64,000 nt of DNA, taken from the NCBI GenBank assembly GCA_963665665.1, contig OY762428.1, forward strand, positions 3,936,001-4,000,000, written 5' to 3'. Made by a program: the position numbers and the translations under genes. Positions 10,579 through 20,612 of the stretch are shown piece by piece (positions within the stretch are counted from its first letter, which is position 1; each line of letters starts with the position of its first letter). The notes beneath the pieces were generated by a model that was not told where the DNA came from, ran no database searches, and saw nothing but the letters and a program-made list of their open reading frames with translations. The stretch comes from Candidatus Kapaibacterium sp. (GTDB lineage Bacteria; Bacteroidota; Ignavibacteria; Kapaibacteriales; UBA2268).

Positions 10579-10646
10579 CGAACTGATAAAAGCCCGCGGC
10601 CTTTACTACGCCATGGCTTCCGAACAGCTGGGCGGCGAAGATTGAG
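10579..10646 (+). pseudogene. Orphan duplicate of the last 21 codons and stop of the C39 ABC exporter
   Basis: 60/68 nt identical to 8749..8816; encodes ELIKARGLYYAMASEQLGGED* versus ELLKARGLYYAMASEQIGGED*. Confidence 0.88.
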
Positions 10647-10654
10647 TGGTCGGG

Positions 10655-11998
10655 TTATTTCTCGTTCAATTCAAAATTATCCAGGAATTTCTGCAGGAAG
10701 TAATTATCTTCAAAATCATCATCGGGGCACAATATCTGCAAAATATATATTTTATTTCCATTTTCAACTGACAGGGTATACTCGTATAATTCATTTTCCC
10801 TTTCAATAATAACTTCCCGTGCCGGGTATTTATCATGAAATAAAATTTCATCTTCATCATCAATTTTATTATCAGTGCCGGCAATTTTTGTTTTTTGGAT
10901 AAACTGGTCAATCATCGGGTCAGGGTTTGTACCGTCGGGCATGCCGATGGAAGTTATATAATAAGCTTTATTATTATCGCCCTTTATAGGAACCGAAGCA
11001 TGATTATAGAAGAATACATCACCGCCTATGCTTTTCCGGTTTTCTGTTTCTTCAGGAGCTGTCGGAAACAAAGCTGAAAATCCCGCAGGAATAAAATCAA
11101 ATTTCTCCCATTTCACGAAATCCCTTCCTGTCAGTTCAAGTTCCTCATCGTATCCCACGGACCTGACGGCGTAGCCTTTCATTTTCAAAATATTCAGAAT
11201 TCCCTCATCCCCGGCAAGGTGTGCTGCCCCGACAACTGCAAAGCATGGCATTTTTTGGGATAGCTCGTCTATTCTCTCAGCCATTTTCCTGTTTCTTTTT
11301 CCAAGCAAAACTGATGACATCTCGCTGCCAGTTCTGGATTTTATAATCCTTTCATGCAGGCCGCCAATATCCTCATCAATGTAGTACTCCAGGTTTGCTT
11401 CGGATTCCTCAAGGTAATTGTCAGGGTTTTTAAAGAAATTATAATAGAATGACATTGGTATTTTATCAATAGTACCAATCTGATCGCCCAATTCTTCAAG
11501 GCCCTCAATTATCAGTCCCTTCTCCTCTGCTTTTAACTTCAGAAATCCATCTATAGTTTCCGGAAAATCGCTTTTCTGTATAACCTTGCGAATAAAATTA
11601 TAAACAGCAAAAAGCCTGAATTGGCCGAACAGGTCAGGCTCCTTTTTAAGATATTTTTTAATTGCCGCTGCCATTGGATTATAAATAGAATCGGGGAGAA
11701 TATTGATCAGCCTCTCGTTATTATCAAGATACATCGCACGCCCGGCAGCATCCGTTTCCTCGTCGCTTAGGCTAAGTTCCGGTGAAAACACTTTACATTT
11801 TCCAAGGCAAATCAGAACAGAATCGCCAAATTCAAAAGCCCTTTTATCCTTCACGTGCATACTGCCGAATACATAAGATTTGTGGTTTTGGTTTTCCTTC
11901 GAAATTTCCCAGAGCAGAGAGTTCTCAATTTCATCAGATAATAACAATCCTGAAGAAAAAATAATCAGTACGAATATTGTTTTGAAAAGTTGATTCAT
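10655..11998 (-). CDS. TraB/GumN (TIKI-like) family protein with C-terminal extension
   Basis: Signal peptide; SLLWEIS...SYVFGSMH, GLEELGDQ, RNRKM, FAVVGAAHLAG; likely start MNQLFK. Confidence 0.88.
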   Translation of the reverse strand: MNQLFKTIFVLIIFSSGLLLSDEIENSLLWEISKENQNHKSYVFGSMHVKDKRAFEFGDSVLICLGKCKVFSPELSLSDEETDAAGRAMYLDNNERLINILPDSIYNPMAAAIKKYLKKEPDLFGQFRLFAVYNFIRKVIQKSDFPETIDGFLKLKAEEKGLIIEGLEELGDQIGTIDKIPMSFYYNFFKNPDNYLEESEANLEYYIDEDIGGLHERIIKSRTGSEMSSVLLGKRNRKMAERIDELSQKMPCFAVVGAAHLAGDEGILNILKMKGYAVRSVGYDEELELTGRDFVKWEKFDFIPAGFSALFPTAPEETENRKSIGGDVFFYNHASVPIKGDNNKAYYITSIGMPDGTNPDPMIDQFIQKTKIAGTDNKIDDEDEILFHDKYPAREVIIERENELYEYTLSVENGNKIYILQILCPDDDFEDNYFLQKFLDNFELNEK

Positions 11999-12494
11999 GT
12001 AATTCAATTTTATAATTTCTAATTTCAAATTTCCTGATCAATAGAATTTAGTATTTATAAGCCCTGCCAATCAATTGAAATCAGGGTGCTTAGTGTACTT
12101 TAATTCAGAATTCTTTTTTTAAATATAATCCTGCAATATTTATATCTCAATTATTATCAAATTTTAGTATTAGTAACATACAAAATCATACAATATTTCA
12201 TACAAATTTAACAAAAGGAAAGAAAAAAGTATAATAATTTGGGTTAAATATTGGCCATCGTATTGTTTTAAAGGAATAATCTTTTTTAGCCTGTGCCCTG
12301 AAGGTGACAGAAACAGATTATTCAAAAATATTCAGCCTGTCCGGCAATGGATAGTCTTTGTGCAAGTTTATCTAAATTATAACTACCACAGCTTATCAGT
12401 ATTTCGTATCTTTGTACTTTCCGAAAATTTGAAAAACGTATGAATTGAAAATAGATAAAATGAAGCAGATCAAGATATTTTGAAAGGATTTTAA

Positions 12495-14417
12495 ATGGCA
12501 AAGTTTCAGTTTAAGCCGTTCGAGGAAATGACCGAAGACGATTACAGGGAGATCGGCTTTAAATCCGGGCTGGAAGTGCATCAGCAGCTTCTTACCGAGA
12601 AAAAACTATTCTGCCGCTGTCCTGCAGGCAGGTACTCCAAAGAATATAACGCGGAAATTCTCCGCCACATGAGGCCCACGCTTTCCGAGCTTGGCGAATA
12701 TGACGGCACAGCCCTCATGGAATTTAAAACAAAGAAAAATATTACTTACAGAATTAACCGCGAAACAGTATGTACCTACGAAATGGACGATACACCGCCT
12801 TTCGAAATAAATGAACAGGCTTTGGACATCGCTTTTGAAATTGGTATGCTGCTTGACGCAACGCTGGTGGACGAGCTTCATATTGCCAGGAAGCAGTATC
12901 TGGACGGATCAATTCCTACAGGGTTTCAGCGTACAGCTATTACATGCGTTAACGGTGAAGTTCCTTACAAAGACAGAATTATTCACATTATTCAGATGTC
13001 GATAGAAGAGGACTCATGCCGTGAAGCTTCTGATTTGGGCCATGAGAGAATTTATCTGACCGACCGGCTTGGAACTCCCCTGATTGAAACGGTTACTGCT
13101 CCTGAAATGAAAACACCTCAGGAAGTTGCCGAAGTAAACCAGATATTGCGTAAGCTGGTACGTTCAACAGGGCACGTTCGTACTGGTATTGGCGCCGGCC
13201 GCCAGGATGTTAACGTCAGCGTTACAGGTGGAACAAGAATCGAGATCAAGGGCGTTTCAAGAATTCCTTATATTCCACGCCTGACTTATAACGAAGCAAT
13301 GAGGCAGTGGAACCTGTTATTGCTCAGGGATGAACTTCATTCCCGCGGAATTACGGAAGAAACTTTCAAAGCTGATTATACTGACGTAACAAAAGCACTT
13401 AAGAAAACTCTTTACAAACCTGTTCACCAGGCTATTGCAGATGGTAAAACAGTTAACTGCGTAGCGCTGAAAGGATATAAAGGACTTCTTAACTGGCAAA
13501 CACAGACAGATACTTATTTCTCGAAGGAAATATCCGACAGGGTAAGGGTGATTGCATGTATTTCTGAAATACCAAACATTCTTCATTCGGATACCCCGAT
13601 GGACTCCATTTCCACAGCCGAATGGCAAAAGCTCAGGAAACAGATGGAAGCCGATGAAAATGATACTCTCGTTTTGGTTTGGGGATGCCCGGGCGATGCA
13701 GAGACAGGCGCTAAAGAAATTATTATCCGCGCTAAGGAAGCAACAATTGGTATTCCTTCGGAAACCAGGCAGGCTCTGAGGGACGGAACAAATGGCTTTG
13801 AACGTATACTGCCGGGCCCGGAAAGAATGTATCCGGATACCGACCTTCCGCCAAAACGCATAACAGAAGACAGAAAAGCAAGACTCAGGGAAGGACTCCC
13901 GAAATATTTCTGGGACAACATGAAATGGTATTACGAACTCGGTATTCCTGAAGATACAATCGAGCCTCTCTCCTATTCAAAATATGCTCCTCTGTTCGAA
14001 AAACTTGTGAAAGAGCACGAAGTCAGCCCGGTTCTTGCTGCCGTGGTATTAGTTCAAAATATCAAGCGACTGAAAAAACAGGGACTGGATATATTGAAAC
14101 TGACCGACGACATCCTTGAAAATATTTTAATCCTGAATAAAGACGGCCTGCTGCCGGCGGATGCCATTCTTTTTGCAATGCGGGATGCTGTTAAAACAGG
14201 AAAATTTGACAAGGAAATGATCCCCGAAGCAATAAAAGAAGATCAGCTTGAAAAAGAATTTGGCGCAGCTGACAGGAAATTCGGCGACATGGAGATAATC
14301 AATCCGCAAAGCAAACACAAAATCATGGCAGGAATAATGATGGAAGGGCTTCGCTACAGGATTGAAGCAGCTAAAGTTAATGAATTTTTGAAAAATAAAC
14401 TGAACGGGGAGGGCTGA
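12495..14417 (+). CDS. gatE: Glutamyl-tRNA(Gln) amidotransferase subunit E (archaeal type)
   Basis: GLEVHQQL..KKLFCRCP, LRHMRPTLSELGEYD, RKQYLDGSIPTGFQRT, LTDRLGTPLIE, RQDVNVS, RIEIKGV, AspRS-like insertion with ILHSD, IPSETR, LPGPERMYPDTDLPP. Confidence 0.92.
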   Translation: MAKFQFKPFEEMTEDDYREIGFKSGLEVHQQLLTEKKLFCRCPAGRYSKEYNAEILRHMRPTLSELGEYDGTALMEFKTKKNITYRINRETVCTYEMDDTPPFEINEQALDIAFEIGMLLDATLVDELHIARKQYLDGSIPTGFQRTAITCVNGEVPYKDRIIHIIQMSIEEDSCREASDLGHERIYLTDRLGTPLIETVTAPEMKTPQEVAEVNQILRKLVRSTGHVRTGIGAGRQDVNVSVTGGTRIEIKGVSRIPYIPRLTYNEAMRQWNLLLLRDELHSRGITEETFKADYTDVTKALKKTLYKPVHQAIADGKTVNCVALKGYKGLLNWQTQTDTYFSKEISDRVRVIACISEIPNILHSDTPMDSISTAEWQKLRKQMEADENDTLVLVWGCPGDAETGAKEIIIRAKEATIGIPSETRQALRDGTNGFERILPGPERMYPDTDLPPKRITEDRKARLREGLPKYFWDNMKWYYELGIPEDTIEPLSYSKYAPLFEKLVKEHEVSPVLAAVVLVQNIKRLKKQGLDILKLTDDILENILILNKDGLLPADAILFAMRDAVKTGKFDKEMIPEAIKEDQLEKEFGAADRKFGDMEIINPQSKHKIMAGIMMEGLRYRIEAAKVNEFLKNKLNGEG

Positions 14418-14418
14418 T

Positions 14419-15810
14419 ATGTCTGTAAGTGAAGATTATAAAGGCTACTGGGGCAAAGTGCTCGAAACCCTGCAAAAATTTGAAGCAAAAGTATGGAGCG
14501 ACGTTGAAATATTTACTAATGCGGATGACCACTATATCGGCCTTATTCTGCCACGTTCCGAAACTGCTGACGACCTGCACGTTGTTTTGAAGCTTCGTAC
14601 CGGATATAATGTTGGCATAGCAGTTGAAAAAATTACTGATATTAAAATAAACGGCCGTAAGATTGCCAATTATAAAATTCCGGAACAGGAATTCCCGACA
14701 GATCCTGTGAAACCGAGAGTAAAACTTTTCGGTACCGGCGGAACTATTGCCAGCCGCCTGGACTATCGTACAGGCGCGGTTATACCGGCATTCTCGCCCG
14801 GCGAACTTTATGGTTCGGTGCCGGAACTTGCAGATTATTGCAACCTTGAAACAGAAAAATTATACGGCGTTTTCAGCGAGAATATGGGCCCGGACCAGTG
14901 GAAAGGTACTGCCGAAGCCATTGCAGCCGAAATTGAAAAAGGCGTGCAGGGAATTGTTATCGGGCATGGGACAGATACAATGCACCATACCGCTGCAATT
15001 CTTTCATTCATGATCCAGAACTCGCCGGTTCCTATCGTGATGGTAGGTTCGCAGCGTTCCAGCGACAGGCCGTCGTCCGATGCCGCGCTAAACCTGATCC
15101 ACTCGATAAAAACAGCCTCCGAGTCCGATATAGCTGAAGTAATGGTTTGCATGTTCGGCCCGACTTCAGACACTTACGGCCTGCTGCACCGCGGTACAAG
15201 AGTTAGGAAAATGCACTCCAGCTACCGTTCTACTTTCCGTACAATCGGCGATATTCCTATCGCAATGGTTGACAAGGAAAACATCACACCCATAAGGAAT
15301 GACTACAAACGCAGAAGGCACGACAAAGACTTTATTCTGAAGCCTTATTTCGAGGAAAAAGTAGGGATTCTCTATTATTATCCCAACATGCAGCCTGATA
15401 TGGTGGACATGATGATTGATAATGGCTATAAAGGTATCGTATTTGCCGGAACAGGACTCGGCCATGTGAACAAACCGCTTTACGCAGCGCTGAAACGCGC
15501 TCAGGACAAGGGTGTTGCTGTTTACATGACTGTTCAGACCCTCTGGGGTTACGTGCAGATGTACGTTTACGAAACAGGGCGCGAAATGATGGAACTCGGC
15601 GTTGTGCCTACAGCCAACATGCTTCCCGAAGTTGCTTACATGAAACTTGCATGGGCGCTCGGCCAAACCGACGACCTTGAGAAAGTAAAAGATATAATGC
15701 TCACTCCGGTTGCAGGAGAAATAACCGAACGCGAACCGAGCAACGGTTACCTGATATACCAGGGCGGCATTCCCGAAGTGGAAGAATTTATTTCCAAATA
15801 CAGGAAATAA
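14419..15810 (+). CDS. gatD: Glutamyl-tRNA(Gln) amidotransferase subunit D (asparaginase-like glutaminase)
   Basis: GatD-type N-terminal domain (ILPR...HVVLKLRTGYNVGI); GTGGTIASRLDYRTGAV, HGTDTM, GSQRSSDRPSSDA, RKMHSSYRSTF; starts 1 nt after the gatE stop. Confidence 0.93.
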   Translation: MSVSEDYKGYWGKVLETLQKFEAKVWSDVEIFTNADDHYIGLILPRSETADDLHVVLKLRTGYNVGIAVEKITDIKINGRKIANYKIPEQEFPTDPVKPRVKLFGTGGTIASRLDYRTGAVIPAFSPGELYGSVPELADYCNLETEKLYGVFSENMGPDQWKGTAEAIAAEIEKGVQGIVIGHGTDTMHHTAAILSFMIQNSPVPIVMVGSQRSSDRPSSDAALNLIHSIKTASESDIAEVMVCMFGPTSDTYGLLHRGTRVRKMHSSYRSTFRTIGDIPIAMVDKENITPIRNDYKRRRHDKDFILKPYFEEKVGILYYYPNMQPDMVDMMIDNGYKGIVFAGTGLGHVNKPLYAALKRAQDKGVAVYMTVQTLWGYVQMYVYETGREMMELGVVPTANMLPEVAYMKLAWALGQTDDLEKVKDIMLTPVAGEITEREPSNGYLIYQGGIPEVEEFISKYRK

Positions 15811-15831
15811 CAAAAACCGCCATATATTTAT

Positions 15832-15869
15832 ACTCATCCGATGATTTCTTTCGTCGGGTGAGTTTTTTT
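15832..15869 (+). terminator. Rho-independent terminator of gatED
   Basis: ACTCATCCGATGA...TCGTCGGGTGAGT stem followed by a T run. Confidence 0.8.
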
Positions 15870-15950
15870 ATTATTCAACAGCTCGAAACATTAATACCGT
15901 ACTTCCGCGTAAAAACCTAAGAATTAGTAAAAGCGCTGGCGTTTGCAAAT

Positions 15951-16051
15951 TGTCATCCGCCTGTCCCGACTCGTCGGGGCCGTCGGGTGACATGGCGGTA
16001 TATCTTTTATTGTCCCCCGCTGGCGGGGGTGACCGTTAGGCCGGGGGTGGA
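15951..16051. repeat. GC-rich REP-like palindromic cluster
   Basis: TCCCCCGC-TG-GCGGGGG hairpin followed by ...GGGGTGGA; also CCCGAC-TC-GTCGGG. Confidence 0.6.
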
Positions 16052-16311
16052 CTCTTCAATCCGTAAATCCGAAGAAGCTTGCGACTGAAAAATCCATATT
16101 CCTAACCCTCCTGCCCGATAACTTAACCCACAGCAACAGCAACGATACAGGAACAAGAAACATTTGCGGGAATAATAAAGATTGATTAAGTTCCGGTAAT
16201 CAATAACAATGCGAAAAAGTTTGAGACCAAATTGAATTTGATATGTTACTAACTATATATAAATAATACTACCCGATGGTAGTAATGTAAAAACAATTAT
16301 AGGGCTTTACC

Positions 16312-17571
16312 ATGAAGAAACTAATTTTACTGGCAGCAATTTTATCATTTTTATTTTCTGCCGGGGCAAGGGCACAGGCCGATTCCCTCGTGATGTGGAC
16401 TTATGGAAATACAAGGTTTTCAACACAGCCGCGAGTACATCCCAACGGCAATGTTTTCATCGGAGATAATCAGGCAAATATAATGGAAATTGACGGTTTA
16501 ACAGGAGAACTTATAAGAAAAATAGCTTTGCCTGCCGGAACAACAAGTTTGGAATTGTCTTTGGATGGTTCGAAAATGGCGGCGGCAGGATATATAATTG
16601 ATGTAGAAAGTGGAGAAGTAATTAAAGCACATCCTGAAGCTTACAAGATAAAATTTCTCCATCCTGACAATTCTAAAATTATTTATGCACCTTTTAATCA
16701 GGCAGAATACAACTTCTTTGTATGGGATATTGAAACCGGGGAATCAGAAAGTTTTGATATCGGAAAAAAATTAATAACTGCGCTGGAAGTATCAAATAAC
16801 GGCAAATTCTTTGCAATTGCAACATTGGAAACCGGATACGATGACGAAGAACACACCCACTTCTACCTTTTCGATGCGCAAACAATGCAGTTTATTAAGG
16901 AACTGGAAGACTATCCTGACAATGGCAGAAGAATTGAGTATATTCAGTTTTCTGAAAATGCTAAGTATGTATGTTATGGGCAAAACAGGTTAGGTTCAAT
17001 AAAAGGTTCATTTTTCTTAACGGAAGCACCGTATTCCAAGTGGATGTTAATAACAGAAACAACCCCGCCTAAAGGTTTTTGGGGTTTAGGTCTGATTGAT
17101 GATAATTATGTTTTTGCAACATCAGATAATGGGCTTGATTTTTATTCAATTATATGGGATATTGATAATGAAAAAGAAATATATTTTTCATCAGAATATG
17201 GTTCTTCAAATCCGCTATACAACTATGCAGCTAAAAATATAATTGTACACGATAATGGAAATCGTACTATTGTCGCCCTTGATTTCGAAAAAATCCTGAG
17301 TACCGTAGGCGTTAAAGATGAGTTGGATACAAACGCGTTCAGGGCTGAATACTCGGGCGGCATACTGACAATAAACGGACTTGAAAGCCAAAGCGTAGAA
17401 ATCAACCTTACAATTAATAATATTCAGGGGGAAGTGGTTTTTTCTCAAAATATCGCTGCTGTTCATGGCTCGCAAATATCGTTGTCCGTATCATTGCCCT
17501 CGGGGGTTTATATTGCCCGAATCAGGACGGGAGAAAATAATTATTCCTCAAAATTTTTAGTGGTGAACTAA
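16312..17571 (+). CDS. T9SS-secreted WD40-like beta-propeller protein, copy 1
   Basis: Signal peptide ending ARA-Q; WD-like blades; T9SS CTD (INNIQGEVV...LPSGVYIARI...KFLVVN). Confidence 0.85.
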   Translation: MKKLILLAAILSFLFSAGARAQADSLVMWTYGNTRFSTQPRVHPNGNVFIGDNQANIMEIDGLTGELIRKIALPAGTTSLELSLDGSKMAAAGYIIDVESGEVIKAHPEAYKIKFLHPDNSKIIYAPFNQAEYNFFVWDIETGESESFDIGKKLITALEVSNNGKFFAIATLETGYDDEEHTHFYLFDAQTMQFIKELEDYPDNGRRIEYIQFSENAKYVCYGQNRLGSIKGSFFLTEAPYSKWMLITETTPPKGFWGLGLIDDNYVFATSDNGLDFYSIIWDIDNEKEIYFSSEYGSSNPLYNYAAKNIIVHDNGNRTIVALDFEKILSTVGVKDELDTNAFRAEYSGGILTINGLESQSVEINLTINNIQGEVVFSQNIAAVHGSQISLSVSLPSGVYIARIRTGENNYSSKFLVVN

Positions 17572-17739
17572 CTCCGCCCCCGCTTTCAGCGCTGACAGGT
17601 TCAACATTGAAAGCGGCGGCTGGAAAAATGAAGAAAAAGCAGGGAATATTGAGACCAAATTGAATTTGATATGTTACTAACTATATATAAATAATACTAC
17701 CCGATGGTAGTAATGTAAAAACAATTATAGGGCTTTACC

Positions 17740-19008
17740 ATGAAAAAACTAATTTTACTGGCAGCGTTTTTATCATTCTTATTTTCTGCCGGGGCAAGGG
17801 CGCAGGCCGATTCCCTCGTGATGTGGACTAATAATGAGGTTCAATTCCACTCCATGCCTGCAATTCATCCCAACGGGAACGTGTTGATACGAAGCCATTA
17901 CGATATCCTGGAAATTAACGGTTTAACCGGCGAAATTATGAGGAATATCAATGTTCCTTTTACAGGTATTGTTAGCGATTGGATTGATATTTCTAAGGAT
18001 GGCACACGTTTCGTAGCTTGCCGGAAGATCGTTAATTTTGAGACAGGGGAAATTATCGGAGAACTGCCGGAGGAAACTGCAATTGTAAAATTTCTCCATC
18101 CTGACAATTCTAAAATTATTTATGCACCTTTTAATCAGGCAGAATACAACTTCTTTGTATGGGATATTGAAACCGGGGAATCAGAAGGTTTTGATATCGG
18201 AAAAAAATTAATAACTGCGCTGGAAGTATCAAATAACGGCAAATTCTTTGCAATTGCAACATTGGAAACCGGATACGATGAAGAAGAACACACCCACTTC
18301 TACCTTTTCGATGCGCAAACAATGCAGTTTATTAAGGAGCTTGAAGACTACCCTGCCAATGGCAGGACAATTGAGTATATTCAGTTTTCTGAAAATGCTA
18401 AATATGTATGTTATGGGCAAAACAGGTTAGGTTCAATAAAAGGTTCATTTTTCTTAACGGAAGCACCGTATTCCAAGTGGATGTTAATAACAGAAACAAC
18501 CCCGCCTAAAGGTTTTTGGGGTTTAGGTCTGATTGATGATAATTATGTTTTTGCAACATCAGATAATGGGCTTGATTTTTATTCAATTATATGGGATATT
18601 GATAATGAAAAAGAAATATATTTTTCATCAGAATATGGCTCTTCAAATCCGCTATACAACTATGCAGCTAAAAATATAATTGTACACGATAATGGAAATC
18701 GTACTATTGTCGCCCTTGATTTCGAAAAAATCCTGAGTACCGTAGGCGTTAAAGATGAGTTGGATACAAACGCGTTCAGGGCTGAATACTCGGGCGGCAT
18801 ACTGACAATAAACGGACTTGAAAGCCAAAGCGTAGAAATCAACCTTACAATTAATAATATTCAGGGGGAAGTGGTTTTTTCTCAAAATATCGCTGCTGTT
18901 CATGGCTCGCAAATATCGTTGCCCGTATCATTGCCCTCGGGGGTTTATATTGCCCGAATCAGGACGGGAGAAAATAATTATTCCTCAAAATTTTTAGTGG
19001 TGAACTAA
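17740..19008 (+). CDS. T9SS-secreted WD40-like beta-propeller protein, copy 2
   Basis: As copy 1 but with the alternative N-terminal block (NNEVQFHSMPAIHP...). Confidence 0.85.
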   Translation: MKKLILLAAFLSFLFSAGARAQADSLVMWTNNEVQFHSMPAIHPNGNVLIRSHYDILEINGLTGEIMRNINVPFTGIVSDWIDISKDGTRFVACRKIVNFETGEIIGELPEETAIVKFLHPDNSKIIYAPFNQAEYNFFVWDIETGESEGFDIGKKLITALEVSNNGKFFAIATLETGYDEEEHTHFYLFDAQTMQFIKELEDYPANGRTIEYIQFSENAKYVCYGQNRLGSIKGSFFLTEAPYSKWMLITETTPPKGFWGLGLIDDNYVFATSDNGLDFYSIIWDIDNEKEIYFSSEYGSSNPLYNYAAKNIIVHDNGNRTIVALDFEKILSTVGVKDELDTNAFRAEYSGGILTINGLESQSVEINLTINNIQGEVVFSQNIAAVHGSQISLPVSLPSGVYIARIRTGENNYSSKFLVVN

Positions 19009-19175
19009 CTCCGCCCCCGCTTTCAGCGCTGACAGGTTCAACATTGAAAGCGGCGGCTGGAAAAATGAAGAAAAAAAGCCGGGAATAATGAGACCAAATT
19101 GAATTTGATATGTTACTATGAATACAAAAACTACCCCTTATGGTAGTAATGTAAAAACAATTATGGGGCTTTACC

Positions 19176-20444
19176 ATGAAAAAACTAATTTTACTGGCAG
19201 CAATTTTATCATTTTTATTTTCCACCGGGGCAAGGGCGCAGGCCGATTCCCTCGTGATGTGGACTAATAATGAGGTATCATTCCACTCCATGCCTGCAAT
19301 TCATCCCAACGGGAACGTGTTGATACGAAGCCATTACGATATCCTGGAAATTAACGGTTTAACCGGCGAAATTATAAGAAATATCAATGTTCCTTTTACA
19401 GGCTATATTAGCGATTTGATTGATATTTCTACGGACGGCACACGTTTCGTAGCTTGCCGGAAAATCGTTGATTTCGAGACAGGGGAAATTATCGGAGAAC
19501 TGCCGGAGGAAACTGCATACGTTAAATTTTTTCATCCGAATAATAATTTGTTGATCTACAAAATAAATACTCTGGAAAATAACCGCTGGTTTATCATGAA
19601 TATTGATCAGGGTAATTCAATTATAGTTGAAAATTTGTCGAATTATACAACAGCCTTTGAAGTATCACTTGACGGCAGGTTTTTAGCACTTGCAACATTA
19701 GAAAACTACGACACAGAAGATGAATCTACCTACTTCTACCTTTTCGATGCGCAAACAATGCAGTTTATCAAGGAGCTTGAAGACTACCCTGCCAATGGCA
19801 GAAGAATTGAGTATATTCAGTTTTCTGAAAATGCTAAATATGTAAGTTATGGACTTAATCATTCTGGCTCACCAAAAGCTGCCATTTTTTTAACGGAAAC
19901 GCCGTATTCAGGGTGGATATTAAAAACTGAAACAACTCCGCCCAAAGGATTTTATGGATTAGGTATGATTGGTGATAAATATGTTTTTGCAACATCAGCT
20001 ATTGGAAATGATTTTCATTCAATTATATGGGATATTGATAATGAAAAAGAAATATATTTTTCATCAGAATATGGTTCTTCAAATCCGCTATACAACTATG
20101 CAGCTAAAAATATAATTGTACACGATAATGGAAATTATACATTAGTCGCCCTTGATTTCGAAAAAATCCTTAGTACCGTGGGCGTTAAAGAAGAAGAGGA
20201 TGCAAACGCGTTCAGGGCTGAATACTCGGGCGGCATATTGACAATAAACGGGCTTGAAAGCCAAAGCGTAGAAATCAACCTTACAATTAATAATATTCAG
20301 GGGGAATTAGTATTTTCTCAAAATATTGCTGCTGTTCATGGCTCGCAAATATCGTTGCCCGTATCATTGCCCTCGGGGGTTTATATTGCCCGGATCAGGA
20401 CGAGAGAAAATAATTATTCCTCTAAATTTTTGGTGGTTAATTAA
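19176..20444 (+). CDS. T9SS-secreted WD40-like beta-propeller protein, copy 3
   Basis: Alternative alleles at all variable blocks. Confidence 0.85.
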   Translation: MKKLILLAAILSFLFSTGARAQADSLVMWTNNEVSFHSMPAIHPNGNVLIRSHYDILEINGLTGEIIRNINVPFTGYISDLIDISTDGTRFVACRKIVDFETGEIIGELPEETAYVKFFHPNNNLLIYKINTLENNRWFIMNIDQGNSIIVENLSNYTTAFEVSLDGRFLALATLENYDTEDESTYFYLFDAQTMQFIKELEDYPANGRRIEYIQFSENAKYVSYGLNHSGSPKAAIFLTETPYSGWILKTETTPPKGFYGLGMIGDKYVFATSAIGNDFHSIIWDIDNEKEIYFSSEYGSSNPLYNYAAKNIIVHDNGNYTLVALDFEKILSTVGVKEEEDANAFRAEYSGGILTINGLESQSVEINLTINNIQGELVFSQNIAAVHGSQISLPVSLPSGVYIARIRTRENNYSSKFLVVN

Positions 20445-20612
20445 CCCCGCCCCCGCTTTCAGCGCTGACAGGTTCAACATTGAAAGCGGCGGCTGGAAAA
20501 ATGAAGAAAAAGCAGGGAATATTGAGACCAAATTGAATTTGATATGTTACTAACTATATATAAATAATACTACCCGATGGTAGTAATGTAAAAACAATTA
20601 TAGGGCTTTACC

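Noticed and set aside
12495-15810. Ordinary gatB plus L-asparaginase
   Set aside because: The GatE-type insertion, the GatD-type N-terminal domain and the SSDRPSSD motif are present, and the genes are tightly coupled.
15166-15837. Long antisense ORFs (e.g. 223 aa opposite gatD, 243 aa opposite dnaX)
   Set aside because: They are shadows of well-supported genes on the other strand, with no recognisable motifs.
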